Origin: Syntrophales bacterium
GTDB taxonomy: Bacteria > Desulfobacterota > Syntrophia > Syntrophales > PHBD01
Assembly: GCA_963668175.1 (NCBI GenBank)
Contig: OY764159.1
Span: 2,592,001-2,656,000, forward strand
DNA: 64,000 nt
Reading direction: 5' to 3'
Part shown: one piece after another, positions 19,662 to 33,389 of the stretch
How positions within the stretch are numbered: the first letter of the stretch is position 1
How the letters are laid out: each line of letters opens with the position of its first letter
The notes under the pieces: generated by a model
The model's database searches: none
What the model saw: only the letters and a program-made list of their open reading frames with translations
What the model was told of the DNA's origin: nothing
Translations under genes and position numbers: made by a program

Positions 19662-21143
19662 TCAGCCGATCAGCCTAGTTACTTGGCCGCACTCCCTGCA
19701 AATGCGAGTTCGGGACATATGAGAACTTCTCCGGAGCAGGTAGCCATGCGCGGCGCAATAGCGCTTTCCGCAAAACGTGCACTCGTGCCATCTGGTTCCC
19801 ACCGTCGTGCCCCCTGCGCGATAGACAGCGCCGCATCCTTTCTCGCAACATGCGTTCGCCGGCGAGGCAACGCCGTGCTTGTCTTCGGGTTTGGGTAGCA
19901 GCGTGCGCCAGATCCTTTTCCAGTCCGCCTCATGGACGGTAAGGGCATCCAGAAACAGGTTGCCGCCTATGGCCAGATTCTGAGGCGTGTTCTGGAGCCG
20001 CGGGTGCTTTTGCAGACGGTTGAACGCGGCCTTGTGTCCCACGTCCATCGTGTTCACGGATGTCTGGAGAAGCGAAACTCCGTATTTGAGGTAATGATAG
20101 CAATCCAGGTGCCAGCGCGTATTGAGGGCTTTCGCGATTTTAATGTAATCGGGGGCCTCTCCCGTATCGGGGAGGGGGTGCCACGATTCCCCCCGGCCGA
20201 GATGAATCGAAGAGGGCGGATAGTTTGCGGCATACATATAGGTGGTGCAAGGGAAGCAGGAGGCCATTTTCGTCGTGTCCTTACCCACGGCCATTTCGTA
20301 CGGCGTGCACCAGGGGCCGCATTTGATGGATTCCCGTATCGCCCAGCTCATCCCGTGAACATATCCGACGACGCCTTTATGACGCAGGCGAGATTCCTCG
20401 TCAGATGATAACGGGCCCATTCCCTTGGACGGATCGGGACTCAGATTCATCTCCGGATTCTTCGGCGGACTGATGAGCCCGTGTTCGCGTTGCCCGAAGC
20501 CGCCTTCCTTGTGCCACCGGTTCTCGTGCGGCACGACGATGCGTTTTGTGGGCTGCACGAGCGTGTTGTGATAGACGGGATCGTCGATCATGCCCGTGTA
20601 GGCGCCCCTGCCATAATAGCCCCCCGGCTGGTACATCTCCTGTTTTCCCCGGGTTATTCCCCCTGGATCAGCAGGGGGCTTGACTCTCGCGGGGCCGGTA
20701 ACCATCGCGCCCCCCGCGCGGCCGGTGATTCGTTCACCGATGTCCCATTGCGGCGATTGCGCATCCTTGATCAATGGGCTGTGCAAATGGTTCTTATTGA
20801 GCACCTGGGTCATCGCCTCGACGACGACGAGGAAGGACTGCATTTCTTCCAGATGCTCGATATATTCCTGCTTCGCCTTTTTCCATTTCTCTTGATCCGC
20901 TGGTTTACCTTCTAGCATCGTAAGATCATGATCGAATTGCGGATTGTCCATTCTTTCGAAGAGGAGCGTCGTTTCGGGGTCCTTCGTTTCGATATCGAAG
21001 CTGAACGGCTGTTCGAGATGTATCCGCGTGGCGCTGAATCCCAGCACGGTCGCAGTGACAATAACATCGGCTTCATGATTGCAGCGCTCTTGATATGTTC
21101 TGTGATCCAAGTGAATGTTATCACCGAGTATTGTTTTCATCAT
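19662..21143 (-). CDS. Hypothetical protein with SCFPC motif and C-terminal FYVE-like Cys/His zinc finger
   Basis: GGAGG RBS before ATG 21143; tail CCEKGC...WHECTFCGKRYCAAH...RICREC. Confidence 0.7.
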   Translation of the reverse strand: MMKTILGDNIHLDHRTYQERCNHEADVIVTATVLGFSATRIHLEQPFSFDIETKDPETTLLFERMDNPQFDHDLTMLEGKPADQEKWKKAKQEYIEHLEEMQSFLVVVEAMTQVLNKNHLHSPLIKDAQSPQWDIGERITGRAGGAMVTGPARVKPPADPGGITRGKQEMYQPGGYYGRGAYTGMIDDPVYHNTLVQPTKRIVVPHENRWHKEGGFGQREHGLISPPKNPEMNLSPDPSKGMGPLSSDEESRLRHKGVVGYVHGMSWAIRESIKCGPWCTPYEMAVGKDTTKMASCFPCTTYMYAANYPPSSIHLGRGESWHPLPDTGEAPDYIKIAKALNTRWHLDCYHYLKYGVSLLQTSVNTMDVGHKAAFNRLQKHPRLQNTPQNLAIGGNLFLDALTVHEADWKRIWRTLLPKPEDKHGVASPANACCEKGCGAVYRAGGTTVGTRWHECTFCGKRYCAAHGYLLRRSSHMSRTRICRECGQVTRLIG

Positions 21144-21576
21144 GGCCTCCTTTGCCCGTGATGCTACAACAGGGTCCAGAACCCGGAGGTGATAAAAGCG
21201 AAAAAGGAAAGATAAGGGAATGATCTCCACCGTCCGGCGTTAAATCCGGCCGCACCTGGGGTCAGGGCGGCTTCCGGCATGCTTCAGCAGGAGCAGGTCG
21301 AGCGCAGCGCTGGCTTCTTCGTCGAAAATCCGCTGAAAAAAATGCCTTTTCATCAGCGCATTTCTGATTAGGAACTTGCTATAAAAAAATCGTACGCAAA
21401 ACGGAATTGCCTGTCAAGGAATAAATGAATAACTTGAAATAATATTAGTAACATATGCGTGTAGATAACCCCGGAGTGCCCGTGTCGCGGGGGTCAATAT
21501 ATAGATCGTTATGCTATTTCTTATACATATACTCTAGGGATATGCTTCTCGTGCGATCCGGGCGCTGATGCAGGCT

Positions 21577-21632
21577 CAAATAGAAACGGCCCCCGGCACC
21601 GGTTCGTCGCCCGGCGGCGGGGGCCGCGTCCA
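21577..21632 (-). terminator. Repeated terminator-like hairpin, copy 3 of 3 (downstream of PFOR)
   Basis: Near-identical to 19591-19645. Confidence 0.7.
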
Positions 21633-21634
21633 CA

Positions 21635-25312
<3,678 letters not shown>

Positions 25313-25314
25313 TT

Positions 25315-25487
25315 AGCAGGCTGTTGAAAAACGCCCATCTGTCGTTTATCACCTTCAGGTGACGTCGCGCCGCAAGCCTCGTCAATCGACATACCTCTAT
25401 GTATGCCTCATTCCTCAGCTTTTGCGCGTCTTACATCTGGACATTTTTGAACAGCCTGTTTGTAATCGAGTTTTTCAAAAAGCTGTT
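25315..25487. repeat. MITE-like intergenic element, copy 2
   Basis: AGCAGGCTGTTGAAAAA ... TTTTTGAACAGCCTGTT ... TTTTTCAAAAAGCTGTT inverted ends; abuts the PFOR RBS. Confidence 0.75.
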
Positions 25488-25815
25488 AATATGAACCTAT
25501 AAGCTATAGGTCGAATGACACAAACAGCAATCCAACAGCACGTGCCTTCTTAGGGTGTAGCCTCGGAATTGGAAGCAGCCTCGGAATGGGTGGACATCCG
25601 GTAACCGGGGATAGACTTAAGATGTGACAGAACTATACTGGACGATAGCCGCTGTAACACAAAAATGTAAGATTATCAAAAGAAAATTGAAACGCCCGAA
25701 GGCGGCGATAACAGGGCGAAATTCCCTGTCCCCGGCGGCTTCGGCGGGGGTGATAACGTTACCTGAACCGGTAGGTCAGGGGAAATATCCGTTTTCTCCT
25801 TGAGAAAACTTATCA

Positions 25816-25873
25816 CCGCGTCCCCTGAACAGGGGATGGACGTCCCCTGACCAGGGGCGCGTGGCCCGGAATT
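25816..25873. repeat. GGGGACA-type inverted-repeat family, site 7
   Basis: Tandem CGTCCCCTGAMCAGGGG hairpins, then GTGGCCCGGAATT. Confidence 0.75.
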
Positions 25874-25895
25874 GCGGAACTTGTATATTGCAAAT

Positions 25896-26414
25896 TCATT
25901 CAAATCGAGAAATGAATTCTCCAATTTGGTCAAATCTATTTAATTGAATCAGATATAAAATTCCCACAGTGAATAATATAAATGGTATCGAAAGCATAAT
26001 AAAATAAGAGCCATGATATAAACCCAACGTTGCGAAAAAAATAAATACTAAGGCTACAATAAGAGAGCTATAATTAACAATTCCTTTAATTTGAAGAATC
26101 TGATCGTTGTACTTAATAAAAATGAATCCCCTCATTATGGGTGTATATACGAGAAAGCTTGCAGATAGCATTGATTCCCTGAAGCCAATTTCGCTACTGC
26201 TAAATTCATGAAAAATTATCGGTTGAAACCATTTACTTCTATTTTGCGCATTCAATTCTTCTATGGGCGGTATTTTCCTGAAATTATATTCTTTGGAATA
26301 AATCACTAACCCTCTGGTGAAAAGGGTTCTGGACCAAGTCGATTCTAAAGACGCTTCCAGCACAATAATTGCGATGACTGTTAGTACCCCGATAATAATC
26401 ATGGTCTCGTTCAT
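25896..26414 (-). CDS. Hypothetical membrane protein, AT-rich cassette
   Basis: Hydrophobic N- and C-terminal segments; start 26414 chosen because the longer track ORF begins inside site 8. Confidence 0.65.
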   Translation of the reverse strand: MNETMIIIGVLTVIAIIVLEASLESTWSRTLFTRGLVIYSKEYNFRKIPPIEELNAQNRSKWFQPIIFHEFSSSEIGFRESMLSASFLVYTPIMRGFIFIKYNDQILQIKGIVNYSSLIVALVFIFFATLGLYHGSYFIMLSIPFILFTVGILYLIQLNRFDQIGEFISRFE

Positions 26415-26450
26415 CTTTCTTAACCCATGATATGTTTCACAACAATCGGT

Positions 26451-26555
26451 AATTCTTGGGACCCTTATTATATAGAGGAAAAAATCGGCGAATAAGTGCC
26501 GCGTCACCTGACCAGGGGAGCGTGCTCACTGACTCGGGGAGGTGTTCCCGGCATT
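26451..26555. repeat. GGGGACA-type inverted-repeat family, site 8
   Basis: AATTCTTGGGACC...ATAGAGGAAAAAATCG..AATAAGT..CCTGACCAGGGG...GGTGTTCCCGGCATT. Confidence 0.75.
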
Positions 26556-26805
26556 AGGCTACTGATTAAGAGTCGGTTGTTCTTCTCGCAGTCTTTGCCG
26601 CCATCGGAGCAAATGCCGTCCGACAAGAAAACATGTATATTTTTGTATTGAAATACAATATTATTAGGCGTATTTAATATAGTCATATAGAGATTTCACG
26701 AATCATTTCTACTCCTGCACCCCCCGGAGGGTCGCACTTCCATGTCTGCAACAAAGAAGAGCAATATATCAAGATCGTTATTTCTTTGAAAGGAGCATAT
26801 CGCAT

Positions 26806-27420
26806 ATGATTCATCCCGTTAGATTATATCAATCCGTTTATCGCATCATAACCGCTTTCACAATTTTTGTAATTTTGACAGGGTGTGCAGGGGGACGCGA
26901 TTTCACACGTCCTGATCCCGGAAGCCTTCAGCTTGGCAAAACAACATATGAAGAAGTCATTCAGAAATATGGAGATCCGCTTCGCCCGACAACAAAAATT
27001 ATAGATGGAGAAACGGTAAACGAAATTTCTTATTCATATGCGTATGCTGTGCCTTACACGACTACGGTACGCTCTCGCTCGTCTTCATTTTCTTTCTGGA
27101 AGGGCGCGTTGATTGGCTATCGATACACGAGCTCCTTCCCTGAGGATAATGCCAAATTTGACGATGGAAAAGTTTCCGCAATTACACGTGGTGTAACAAA
27201 GAAACAACAAGTCATCGATTTGCTGGGTGTGCCGGCAGGTTATTCTCAATATCCGCTTATTAAAGAAAAGAATACCCTGGGTTTGGTTTACACAGCCTAC
27301 GAAACGTGGCGCATACCGTTCACACCCACTCTGCGTTATATCACTAAGACCTTGATCGTTACCTGCGGGCCGGATGATATCGTCATTTCTACGGAACTTT
27401 CATCCTCTGAGTCGAAATAA
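26806..27420 (+). CDS. Lipoprotein with two SmpA/BamE-like repeats
   Basis: LTGC lipobox; GKTTYEEVIQKYGDP and GVTKKQQVIDLLGVP. Confidence 0.75.
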   Translation: MIHPVRLYQSVYRIITAFTIFVILTGCAGGRDFTRPDPGSLQLGKTTYEEVIQKYGDPLRPTTKIIDGETVNEISYSYAYAVPYTTTVRSRSSSFSFWKGALIGYRYTSSFPEDNAKFDDGKVSAITRGVTKKQQVIDLLGVPAGYSQYPLIKEKNTLGLVYTAYETWRIPFTPTLRYITKTLIVTCGPDDIVISTELSSSESK

Positions 27421-27440
27421 TGCCTTGATGCGAGCAGATT

Positions 27441-27567
27441 AATTCCAGGGACGCCATCCCCCCTAGTCAGGGGACGCGCCCATTTCCGGGGACACGGTGC
27501 TGAATAGATGGAAAAATCGATATATAAGTAACGCCTCCCCTGACGGGGAGATCGTGTGCCCGGAATT
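27441..27567. repeat. GGGGACA-type inverted-repeat family, site 9
   Basis: AATTCCAGGGACGCC-CCCCTAGTCAGGGG...TTCCGGGGACAC...AAAAATCGAT..ATAAGT...TGTGCCCGGAATT. Confidence 0.8.
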
Positions 27568-27735
27568 GCGGATATATCGTGGATCAATGAGTATCCAAGT
27601 ATAAGAATTCAAATATACTTTATATAATCCATTCCTCTTGTCAAGCGGGTATTATGTCGCAATAGGCTTATGCCCGGTTCTCGGCGGTGCGGGGTGCTGA
27701 CTGCTGCGGGGAGTCTTTCAAATGAATAAAAAACC
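27568..27735 (-). promoter_or_regulatory. Duplicated leader block with leftward sigma70 promoter, copy 2
   Basis: Minus-strand TTGACA (27644-27639)-N16-TAAAGT (27622-27617); shares TTTATATAATCCATT..CTTGTCAAGCG with copy 1. Confidence 0.65.
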
Positions 27736-27807
27736 CCCTCCCTCCCCATGGATAGGGGAAAGAGGGGGCGGATGAATTGGTTATTTCCTCAGAGTCCTAT
27801 GCGTCTA

Positions 27808-29376
27808 TTACGCCCAGGGTTTCAGCCCGGCGATCCTCGCGCCGGCGAGGCGGCCGAAGGTAACGGCGTTCGTGAGGTGCCAGCCGCTCCGGTAGCCCAC
27901 GCTGTTCGTGTAGCCGCCCGCAACGTGGCCCGCCGCATAGAGGCGGGGGATGATCTGCATGTCGGGGTCGAGGACGTGGGACTCGTCGTCGATCCGGAGT
28001 CCCCCCATCGTCATGACGATGCCCACGAGGCCCTTCCATCCGTAGAAGGGAGGCGTCTTCAGTTCGATCAGGTACTTGGGGTTGCGGCGGAACTGGGCGT
28101 CTTCCTTCTTCGCCACGGCCTGGTTGTAGGCCTCCACGGTCTTCTTGAGGCCCGCGGGGTCGATGGAAAGCTTTCCCGCCAGCTCTTCCAGGGTGTCGGC
28201 CTTCTTGATGATGTAGCCGTCGCCCTTGATCCCCTTGAGGAAAAGCTCCTGCTGTCCGCGGAAGTTCGTGGAGAGGCGGGGATTCGCCGCGATGTCCTTC
28301 GCCGCCGTTTCGTCGAAGACGCAGACGAACTGGTTGTTCACCTTCTGGACCTCGGGCATCAGCGGCGTGTAGTGGCCCTGGACGATCTCGTCGCAGAAGC
28401 GCCTGCCGCCCTTGTCGACGAGGATGAGGCCGCTCCTCGCCAGGAGGTCGTAGCGGCACCAGAGGGTGTACTTGCCCGGGGCGACCTCGACGCAGTGGGG
28501 ATGGCCCTCGGGGGAGAAGCCCGTGATGTCCGCGCCCAGTTTCTGGGCCATGCGGATGCCGTCGCCGGTGTTGCCCGGGTGGCCGACGAAGATCGAGCCC
28601 TTGAGTTCCGGGAAGTGGCCCTCGATGTAGGGCTGGTTGGCGGCGAAGTCGCCCGTCGCGATGAGGACGGCCTTCTTCACCTTGATGTTCATGACCTTGC
28701 CTTTTTCGCCCACGCACTCGACGCCGGCCACCTCGCCCAGGGGCGTGGACAGGCCGCAGTTGTCCAGATAGAGCCTCGTGGCCTTCGTTTCGAGGAGGAT
28801 GGGCACCTTGCGCTTACGCACCTCGCCCGTGAGGGCCTTCATGAGCTTCGCGCCGCCGTTGGCCTCGCGGTAGCAGCGGTCCACCGTGTAACCGGGCAGG
28901 GGATCGACGTTGGTCCACTTCAGGCCCGCGGCCTGGAGGAACTTGTACGTGTCGAGGGCGTTCTCGATGAGCTTGCGGGCCAGCTTCGGGTTGACGCCGT
29001 TGTTCGACGTCTTCATCGTGTCCTGGTACCACTTTTCGTTGGAATCGTTGGTGATCCCGGCGGCCTTCTGGAGGTCCGTCCCTGCCGCCATGACCGTTCC
29101 CGAGGATAGGAGGCCCGCCCCGCCGGGGAAGGGCATCTTTTCCAGGACGAGGACCGATTTGTCCCCGGCGTCGGCGGCGGCGATGGCCGCGGAGCAGCCC
29201 GCCACGCCCGCGCCGATGATGAGAATGTTGACCTCGCGATCCCACTTCTTAGGCGGCTGCGCCGCCTGCGCATCTTTGCCGCTTAAATTGACGAGGGCAA
29301 GCGAACCCAGGCCCGCGGCCGTAGCCTTCATGAATCCCCGTCTCGAAAAAGACGTCTTTTTGCGTTCTTCCGACAT
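27808..29376 (-). CDS. Tat-exported flavocytochrome c flavin subunit
   Basis: SRRGFM signal; IIGAGVAG; GNTGDG; TMGGL; LYAAG. Confidence 0.85.
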   Translation of the reverse strand: MSEERKKTSFSRRGFMKATAAGLGSLALVNLSGKDAQAAQPPKKWDREVNILIIGAGVAGCSAAIAAADAGDKSVLVLEKMPFPGGAGLLSSGTVMAAGTDLQKAAGITNDSNEKWYQDTMKTSNNGVNPKLARKLIENALDTYKFLQAAGLKWTNVDPLPGYTVDRCYREANGGAKLMKALTGEVRKRKVPILLETKATRLYLDNCGLSTPLGEVAGVECVGEKGKVMNIKVKKAVLIATGDFAANQPYIEGHFPELKGSIFVGHPGNTGDGIRMAQKLGADITGFSPEGHPHCVEVAPGKYTLWCRYDLLARSGLILVDKGGRRFCDEIVQGHYTPLMPEVQKVNNQFVCVFDETAAKDIAANPRLSTNFRGQQELFLKGIKGDGYIIKKADTLEELAGKLSIDPAGLKKTVEAYNQAVAKKEDAQFRRNPKYLIELKTPPFYGWKGLVGIVMTMGGLRIDDESHVLDPDMQIIPRLYAAGHVAGGYTNSVGYRSGWHLTNAVTFGRLAGARIAGLKPWA

Positions 29377-29426
29377 TTTTTTATTCCCTTTCTTTCATAT
29401 GTTGTTTCTTAACACCGATTCAGGCA

Positions 29427-30098
29427 TTACTTCTTTTTGGAGAAATAGCCGAAGTTGTGGCACTTCGCGCAGTAGTCCTCGGAAGCGGCGTGGGCCTTGT
29501 GGCAGAGGGTGCAGCGGATCTCGCCCAGGTGGCTTTCGTGGGGGTTGGGTTTGACCTTCGCCGTCTTGGCGGCCACGGCGGCATAGCCCTTGTGGCACTC
29601 CAGGCAGCGCTCCTCGGAGGCCCTCTCCTCGGGGAAGAACGAGTCGTGGCACCCTGTGCAGGAGAGTTTCTTCAAGGCGTGCGTATGGTCCAGGTAGGAC
29701 GATTTCGCCCAGGTCTTGAAATACGGGAGCATGGCGTCGGCCTTCTCTTTGGCGGCGGCAACGCCCTTGCCGTCGGCGCCGGAAAGAACGAACTGCCCGC
29801 CGGGCCCCTGTTCGTGGCACACGCCGCAGGTGCCGGCGAATTTATCCCGGGAAAAATGGCCGTAATGGACGGGCCGCTCCAGGGGCTTGGCTGCGCCGTT
29901 GACCGAGTGGCACCCCAGGCACTGCTTGACGCCTGCGCCGGGAACCGGCGGGTGGGCCTTGGGGAGTGTGGCGGAAAGCTGCGGGTGGCAGCTTGTACAG
30001 CCTTTGGACGCGGTTGCCGTCCGGGCGGTGCCGGAAAAGAGCAATACGGCGGCCGCAAGGGCGATTACCGTTGTCGTTAAAAAGAGTTTCTGTTTCAT
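29427..30098 (-). CDS. Periplasmic multiheme cytochrome c (7 CxxCH)
   Basis: CTSCH, CLGCH, CGVCH, CTGCH, CLECH, CTLCH, CAKCH; NPHESH; signal peptide. Confidence 0.9.
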   Translation of the reverse strand: MKQKLFLTTTVIALAAAVLLFSGTARTATASKGCTSCHPQLSATLPKAHPPVPGAGVKQCLGCHSVNGAAKPLERPVHYGHFSRDKFAGTCGVCHEQGPGGQFVLSGADGKGVAAAKEKADAMLPYFKTWAKSSYLDHTHALKKLSCTGCHDSFFPEERASEERCLECHKGYAAVAAKTAKVKPNPHESHLGEIRCTLCHKAHAASEDYCAKCHNFGYFSKKK

Positions 30099-30134
30099 GG
30101 GTGTTTGAACAGGCCTTTCTTTAAAATATCCCCA

Positions 30135-30201
30135 AGTATAAAACCGGGCCGCCGGTCTGTCAAATACAAAATCCGGCCTTTCCTCATGAAAATATTCATG
30201 A
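30135..30201 (-). promoter_or_regulatory. Sigma70 promoter of cytochrome/flavoprotein operon with upstream palindrome
   Basis: Minus-strand TTGACA-N17-TATACT (30163-30135); TCATGAA-AATA-TTCATGA (30184-30201). Confidence 0.6.
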
Positions 30202-30947
30202 ATGTTGAATTGTATGAATATAGTGTATGCACGAATCTGTTATCGGGAGAGCGACTTTCAGGTAACCGACGGCGGGGACCTCATGGCGTATTCCATGAGG
30301 CGTATGGCGTTTGTGGTTTCCGCCCGCCGGGATATGCACTTGCCGCCGGAAAATGCAACGGCCTGTTCGCGTGAACGGACCGAAAAAAAGGCCGGTTCCT
30401 GCCGCAGCGTCCGGATAACGTGACAATATTGTGCATCCGTTTTTTCGCAATGGACCAATTCGGAATAACCGGAAACGCCCCCTGATAACGGCAGGCGGAA
30501 GGCGTTTTCGTATTGTAGTAATGAAATCGAATAGATGTGTCATGGCGTGGCTCCCGCCGACACGGCCGTGCGTCGCGAATCCCCTTTGACGGCCCGGGAA
30601 TGCCTAACGTCCGCCGACGGGCGAACGGACAATAATGGAACATGGCAAGGAAGGACGGCGCCCCGGAACTTCCGGGCCGTTATTCCCGCGGTTGAAAACG
30701 TGCTTTTCCTTGCGGAATGTGCTAAGCACGCGGTCGGGCCAGCCGGACGGCAGGCGTCGGCACGGCCGCCGGACCGGGAAATACGCTCGCGAATGTTCCG
30801 CCACGATGCCGTTTTGTTTCGTAAATGTCCCTGCCTTTTTGGAACAAAATTGTCCACAATTTATCTTGATGGAACGAAAATGTAACTCATGGCACCGGTC
30901 CGCCTTGTGTAACATGTTGAATATGCTGATATTATAGAATGAAAGAG

Positions 30948-30963
30948 TGGCAAGAAAATTGCA
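30948..30963 (+). promoter_or_regulatory. Sigma54 promoter upstream of glutamine synthetase
   Basis: TGGCAAGAAAATTGCA (GG-N10-GC). Confidence 0.65.
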
Positions 30964-31124
30964 ATTAGCGTGGATCATTACAGTCGTATAGGCTGCCGCG
31001 CCGCGCCGTAAACCCGGAGTGGCGAGGCTTGTTTGCAAGGCCGAGCGGCGCTCTTCCCGTCGAAGGCGCTTAAGGCAATAGAAATGCTTACTTACATACA
31101 AAATACACCATACAAGGAGAGCGC

Positions 31125-33296
31125 ATGAAAAGAACGGTCCCAATCGCAGCATCGGAAAGAAGTTACGCGGTCAAGAAGGAGAAGTGCCAGTCCGTCTCAG
31201 GCTATTACGGCGAGGATACCTTCAATTGCAGGGTCATGAAGGACCGGCTGTCCACCGAGACATTCAAGAAACTCATGGCCATCATCGACGAGAACAAGAC
31301 CCTCGATATCGAGACCGCCAATGTCGTCGCCCATGCCATGATGCAGTGGGCCATCGAGAAGGGCGCCACCCATTTCGCCCACTGGTTCCAGCCCATGACC
31401 GGCTACACGGCGGAAAAGCACGACGCCTTCATCGACCCGATCGGCGTCGGCAGCGTCATCGAGCGTTTCTCGGGCAAGCAGCTTGTCCAGGGCGAACCGG
31501 ACGCGTCGAGCTTCCCGAGCGGCGGCATCCGGTCGACCTTCGAAGCCCGCGGCTACACGGCCTGGGACATGTCTTCCCCCGCGTTCATCCGCCGCAACGG
31601 CATTTCCACGACGCTGTGCATCCCGACGGCCTTCATCTCCTACACGGGCGAAGCCCTCGACAAGAAGACCCCGCTTCTGCGATCGAACAAGGCCGTCAGC
31701 AAGAGCGCCGTCGCCATCCTGAATCTCCTCGGCGCCAAGGACATCAAGAGGGTCTATTCGACGCTGGGTCCCGAGCAGGAATACTTCCTGATCGATGCGG
31801 ACTACTACTACAAGCGCCAGGACCTCGTCCTCGGCGGCCGGACCGTCGTCGGCGCAGCGCCCGCGAAAGGCCAGGAGCTGGAAGACCAGTATTTCGGCAG
31901 CATCAAGGAGAGAATCTCCTCCTACATGCACGACATGGAAGAGCAGCTCTTCAAGCTGGGCGTTCCCGCCAAGACCCGACACAACGAAGTGGCCCCCAGC
32001 CAGTTCGAGCTGGCGCCGGTCTTTGAAGAGGCCAACGTGGCCGTCGACCACAACCAGATCGTCATGGACACCATGCAGGCCGTCGCGAAGAAACATAAGC
32101 TCATCTGCCTGCTCCACGAGAAACCCTTCGCGGGCATCAACGGTTCGGGCAAGCACCTGAACTGGTCGCTCTCCGACAGCAAGGGGAACAACCTTCTCAA
32201 TCCCGGCAAGACGCCGCAGGACAACATCCAGTTCCTGGTCTTCCTGATCGCCACCATCCGCGCCGTCTACAAGCATGCCGACATCCTCCGTGCTTCCGTC
32301 GGCACCTACGCCAACGATCACCGCCTCGGCGCGAACGAAGCGCCCCCGGCGATCCTCTCCGTCTTCTTGGGCGACCAGTTGACGAAGATCCTCGAAGACA
32401 TCGAGAAGGGCAAGGCCTCGAAGGCCACGGACAAGGAGATCATCGACCTCGGCGTCTCCGCGCTGCCGAACGTCAGCAAGGACAACACCGACCGCAACCG
32501 GACGTCGCCCTTCGCCTTCACGGGCAACAAGTTCGAGTTCCGGACCGTCGGTTCCGGCCAGTCGATTTCCTTCCCGGCCGCCGTTCTCAACACGATCGTC
32601 GCCGAGAGCCTCGACTATATGTACGAGAAGATCAAGGCTTCGACCGAGAAGAACATCTCGCAGGCCGTCTTCGCCGTCCTGAAGAAAGAAATCAAGGACA
32701 TCCGGCCGATCCTCTACAACGGCGACAACTATACCCCCGAGTGGGAAAAGGAAGCCGCCAAGCGGGGACTGCCCAACGACAAGACCACGCCGGTCGCGCT
32801 GAAGACCCTCGTGACCAAGAAGGCCCTGGATATCTTCGCCAAGTACGAGGTCCTTTCCAACGTGGAATTGAAGTCGCGGTATCTGATCTACCTGGAGCGG
32901 TACATCAAGGACCTGGAGATCGAGGTCAAGTGCCTGAACAACATCTGCGTAAGCCAGATTATTCCGGCGGCGACGGTCTACCAGAAGAGTCTGGCGGATA
33001 CGGTCCTCGCAACGAAGGAAGCCCTCGGCAAATCGGCCGATTGCGCTGCCCAGCAGGAATTGCTGAAGAAGATCGTCGAGCTGACCGGCAAGATCTTCGC
33101 GACGAACAAGGACATCCTGGCCAAGGTCGCGGCGGCGTCCTCCATCCACGACGAGCAGAAGAGGGCGGAGACGCTCTCCGGCAAGGTAAAACCCAGGATG
33201 AACGAACTTCGCGAATACGTCGACGAGCTGGAAGGCCTCGTCGACGACGAAATCTGGCCGCTGCCGAAGTTCTGGGAAATGCTTTTCATCTGCTAG
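31125..33296 (+). CDS. glnN: Glutamine synthetase type III
   Basis: 723 aa; HWFQP, AEKHD, GEPDASSFPSGG, FEARGYTAWD, DRNRTSPFAFTGNKFEFR. Confidence 0.95.
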   Translation: MKRTVPIAASERSYAVKKEKCQSVSGYYGEDTFNCRVMKDRLSTETFKKLMAIIDENKTLDIETANVVAHAMMQWAIEKGATHFAHWFQPMTGYTAEKHDAFIDPIGVGSVIERFSGKQLVQGEPDASSFPSGGIRSTFEARGYTAWDMSSPAFIRRNGISTTLCIPTAFISYTGEALDKKTPLLRSNKAVSKSAVAILNLLGAKDIKRVYSTLGPEQEYFLIDADYYYKRQDLVLGGRTVVGAAPAKGQELEDQYFGSIKERISSYMHDMEEQLFKLGVPAKTRHNEVAPSQFELAPVFEEANVAVDHNQIVMDTMQAVAKKHKLICLLHEKPFAGINGSGKHLNWSLSDSKGNNLLNPGKTPQDNIQFLVFLIATIRAVYKHADILRASVGTYANDHRLGANEAPPAILSVFLGDQLTKILEDIEKGKASKATDKEIIDLGVSALPNVSKDNTDRNRTSPFAFTGNKFEFRTVGSGQSISFPAAVLNTIVAESLDYMYEKIKASTEKNISQAVFAVLKKEIKDIRPILYNGDNYTPEWEKEAAKRGLPNDKTTPVALKTLVTKKALDIFAKYEVLSNVELKSRYLIYLERYIKDLEIEVKCLNNICVSQIIPAATVYQKSLADTVLATKEALGKSADCAAQQELLKKIVELTGKIFATNKDILAKVAAASSIHDEQKRAETLSGKVKPRMNELREYVDELEGLVDDEIWPLPKFWEMLFIC

Positions 33297-33338
33297 GAAG
33301 GCTTCTCCGGCGTACGCAAACAGCGATACCATGAACAG

Positions 33339-33374
33339 GAAAAGCGGGGACCGCAAGGTCTCCGCTTTTCTTTT
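33339..33374. terminator. Bidirectional rho-independent terminator
   Basis: GAAAAGCGGGGACC-GCAA-GGTCTCCGCTTTTC between convergent genes. Confidence 0.75.
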
Positions 33375-33389
33375 GCGCTCTGCCCGCCG

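Noticed and set aside
25558..25588. AGCCTCGGAAT direct repeat upstream of PFOR
   Set aside because: Could be an operator, but there are only two short copies and no recognisable regulator motif.
31055..31095. ANTAR dual-hairpin in the GSIII leader
   Set aside because: Only a loose GAAGGC match; no clear paired hairpins or overlapping terminator.
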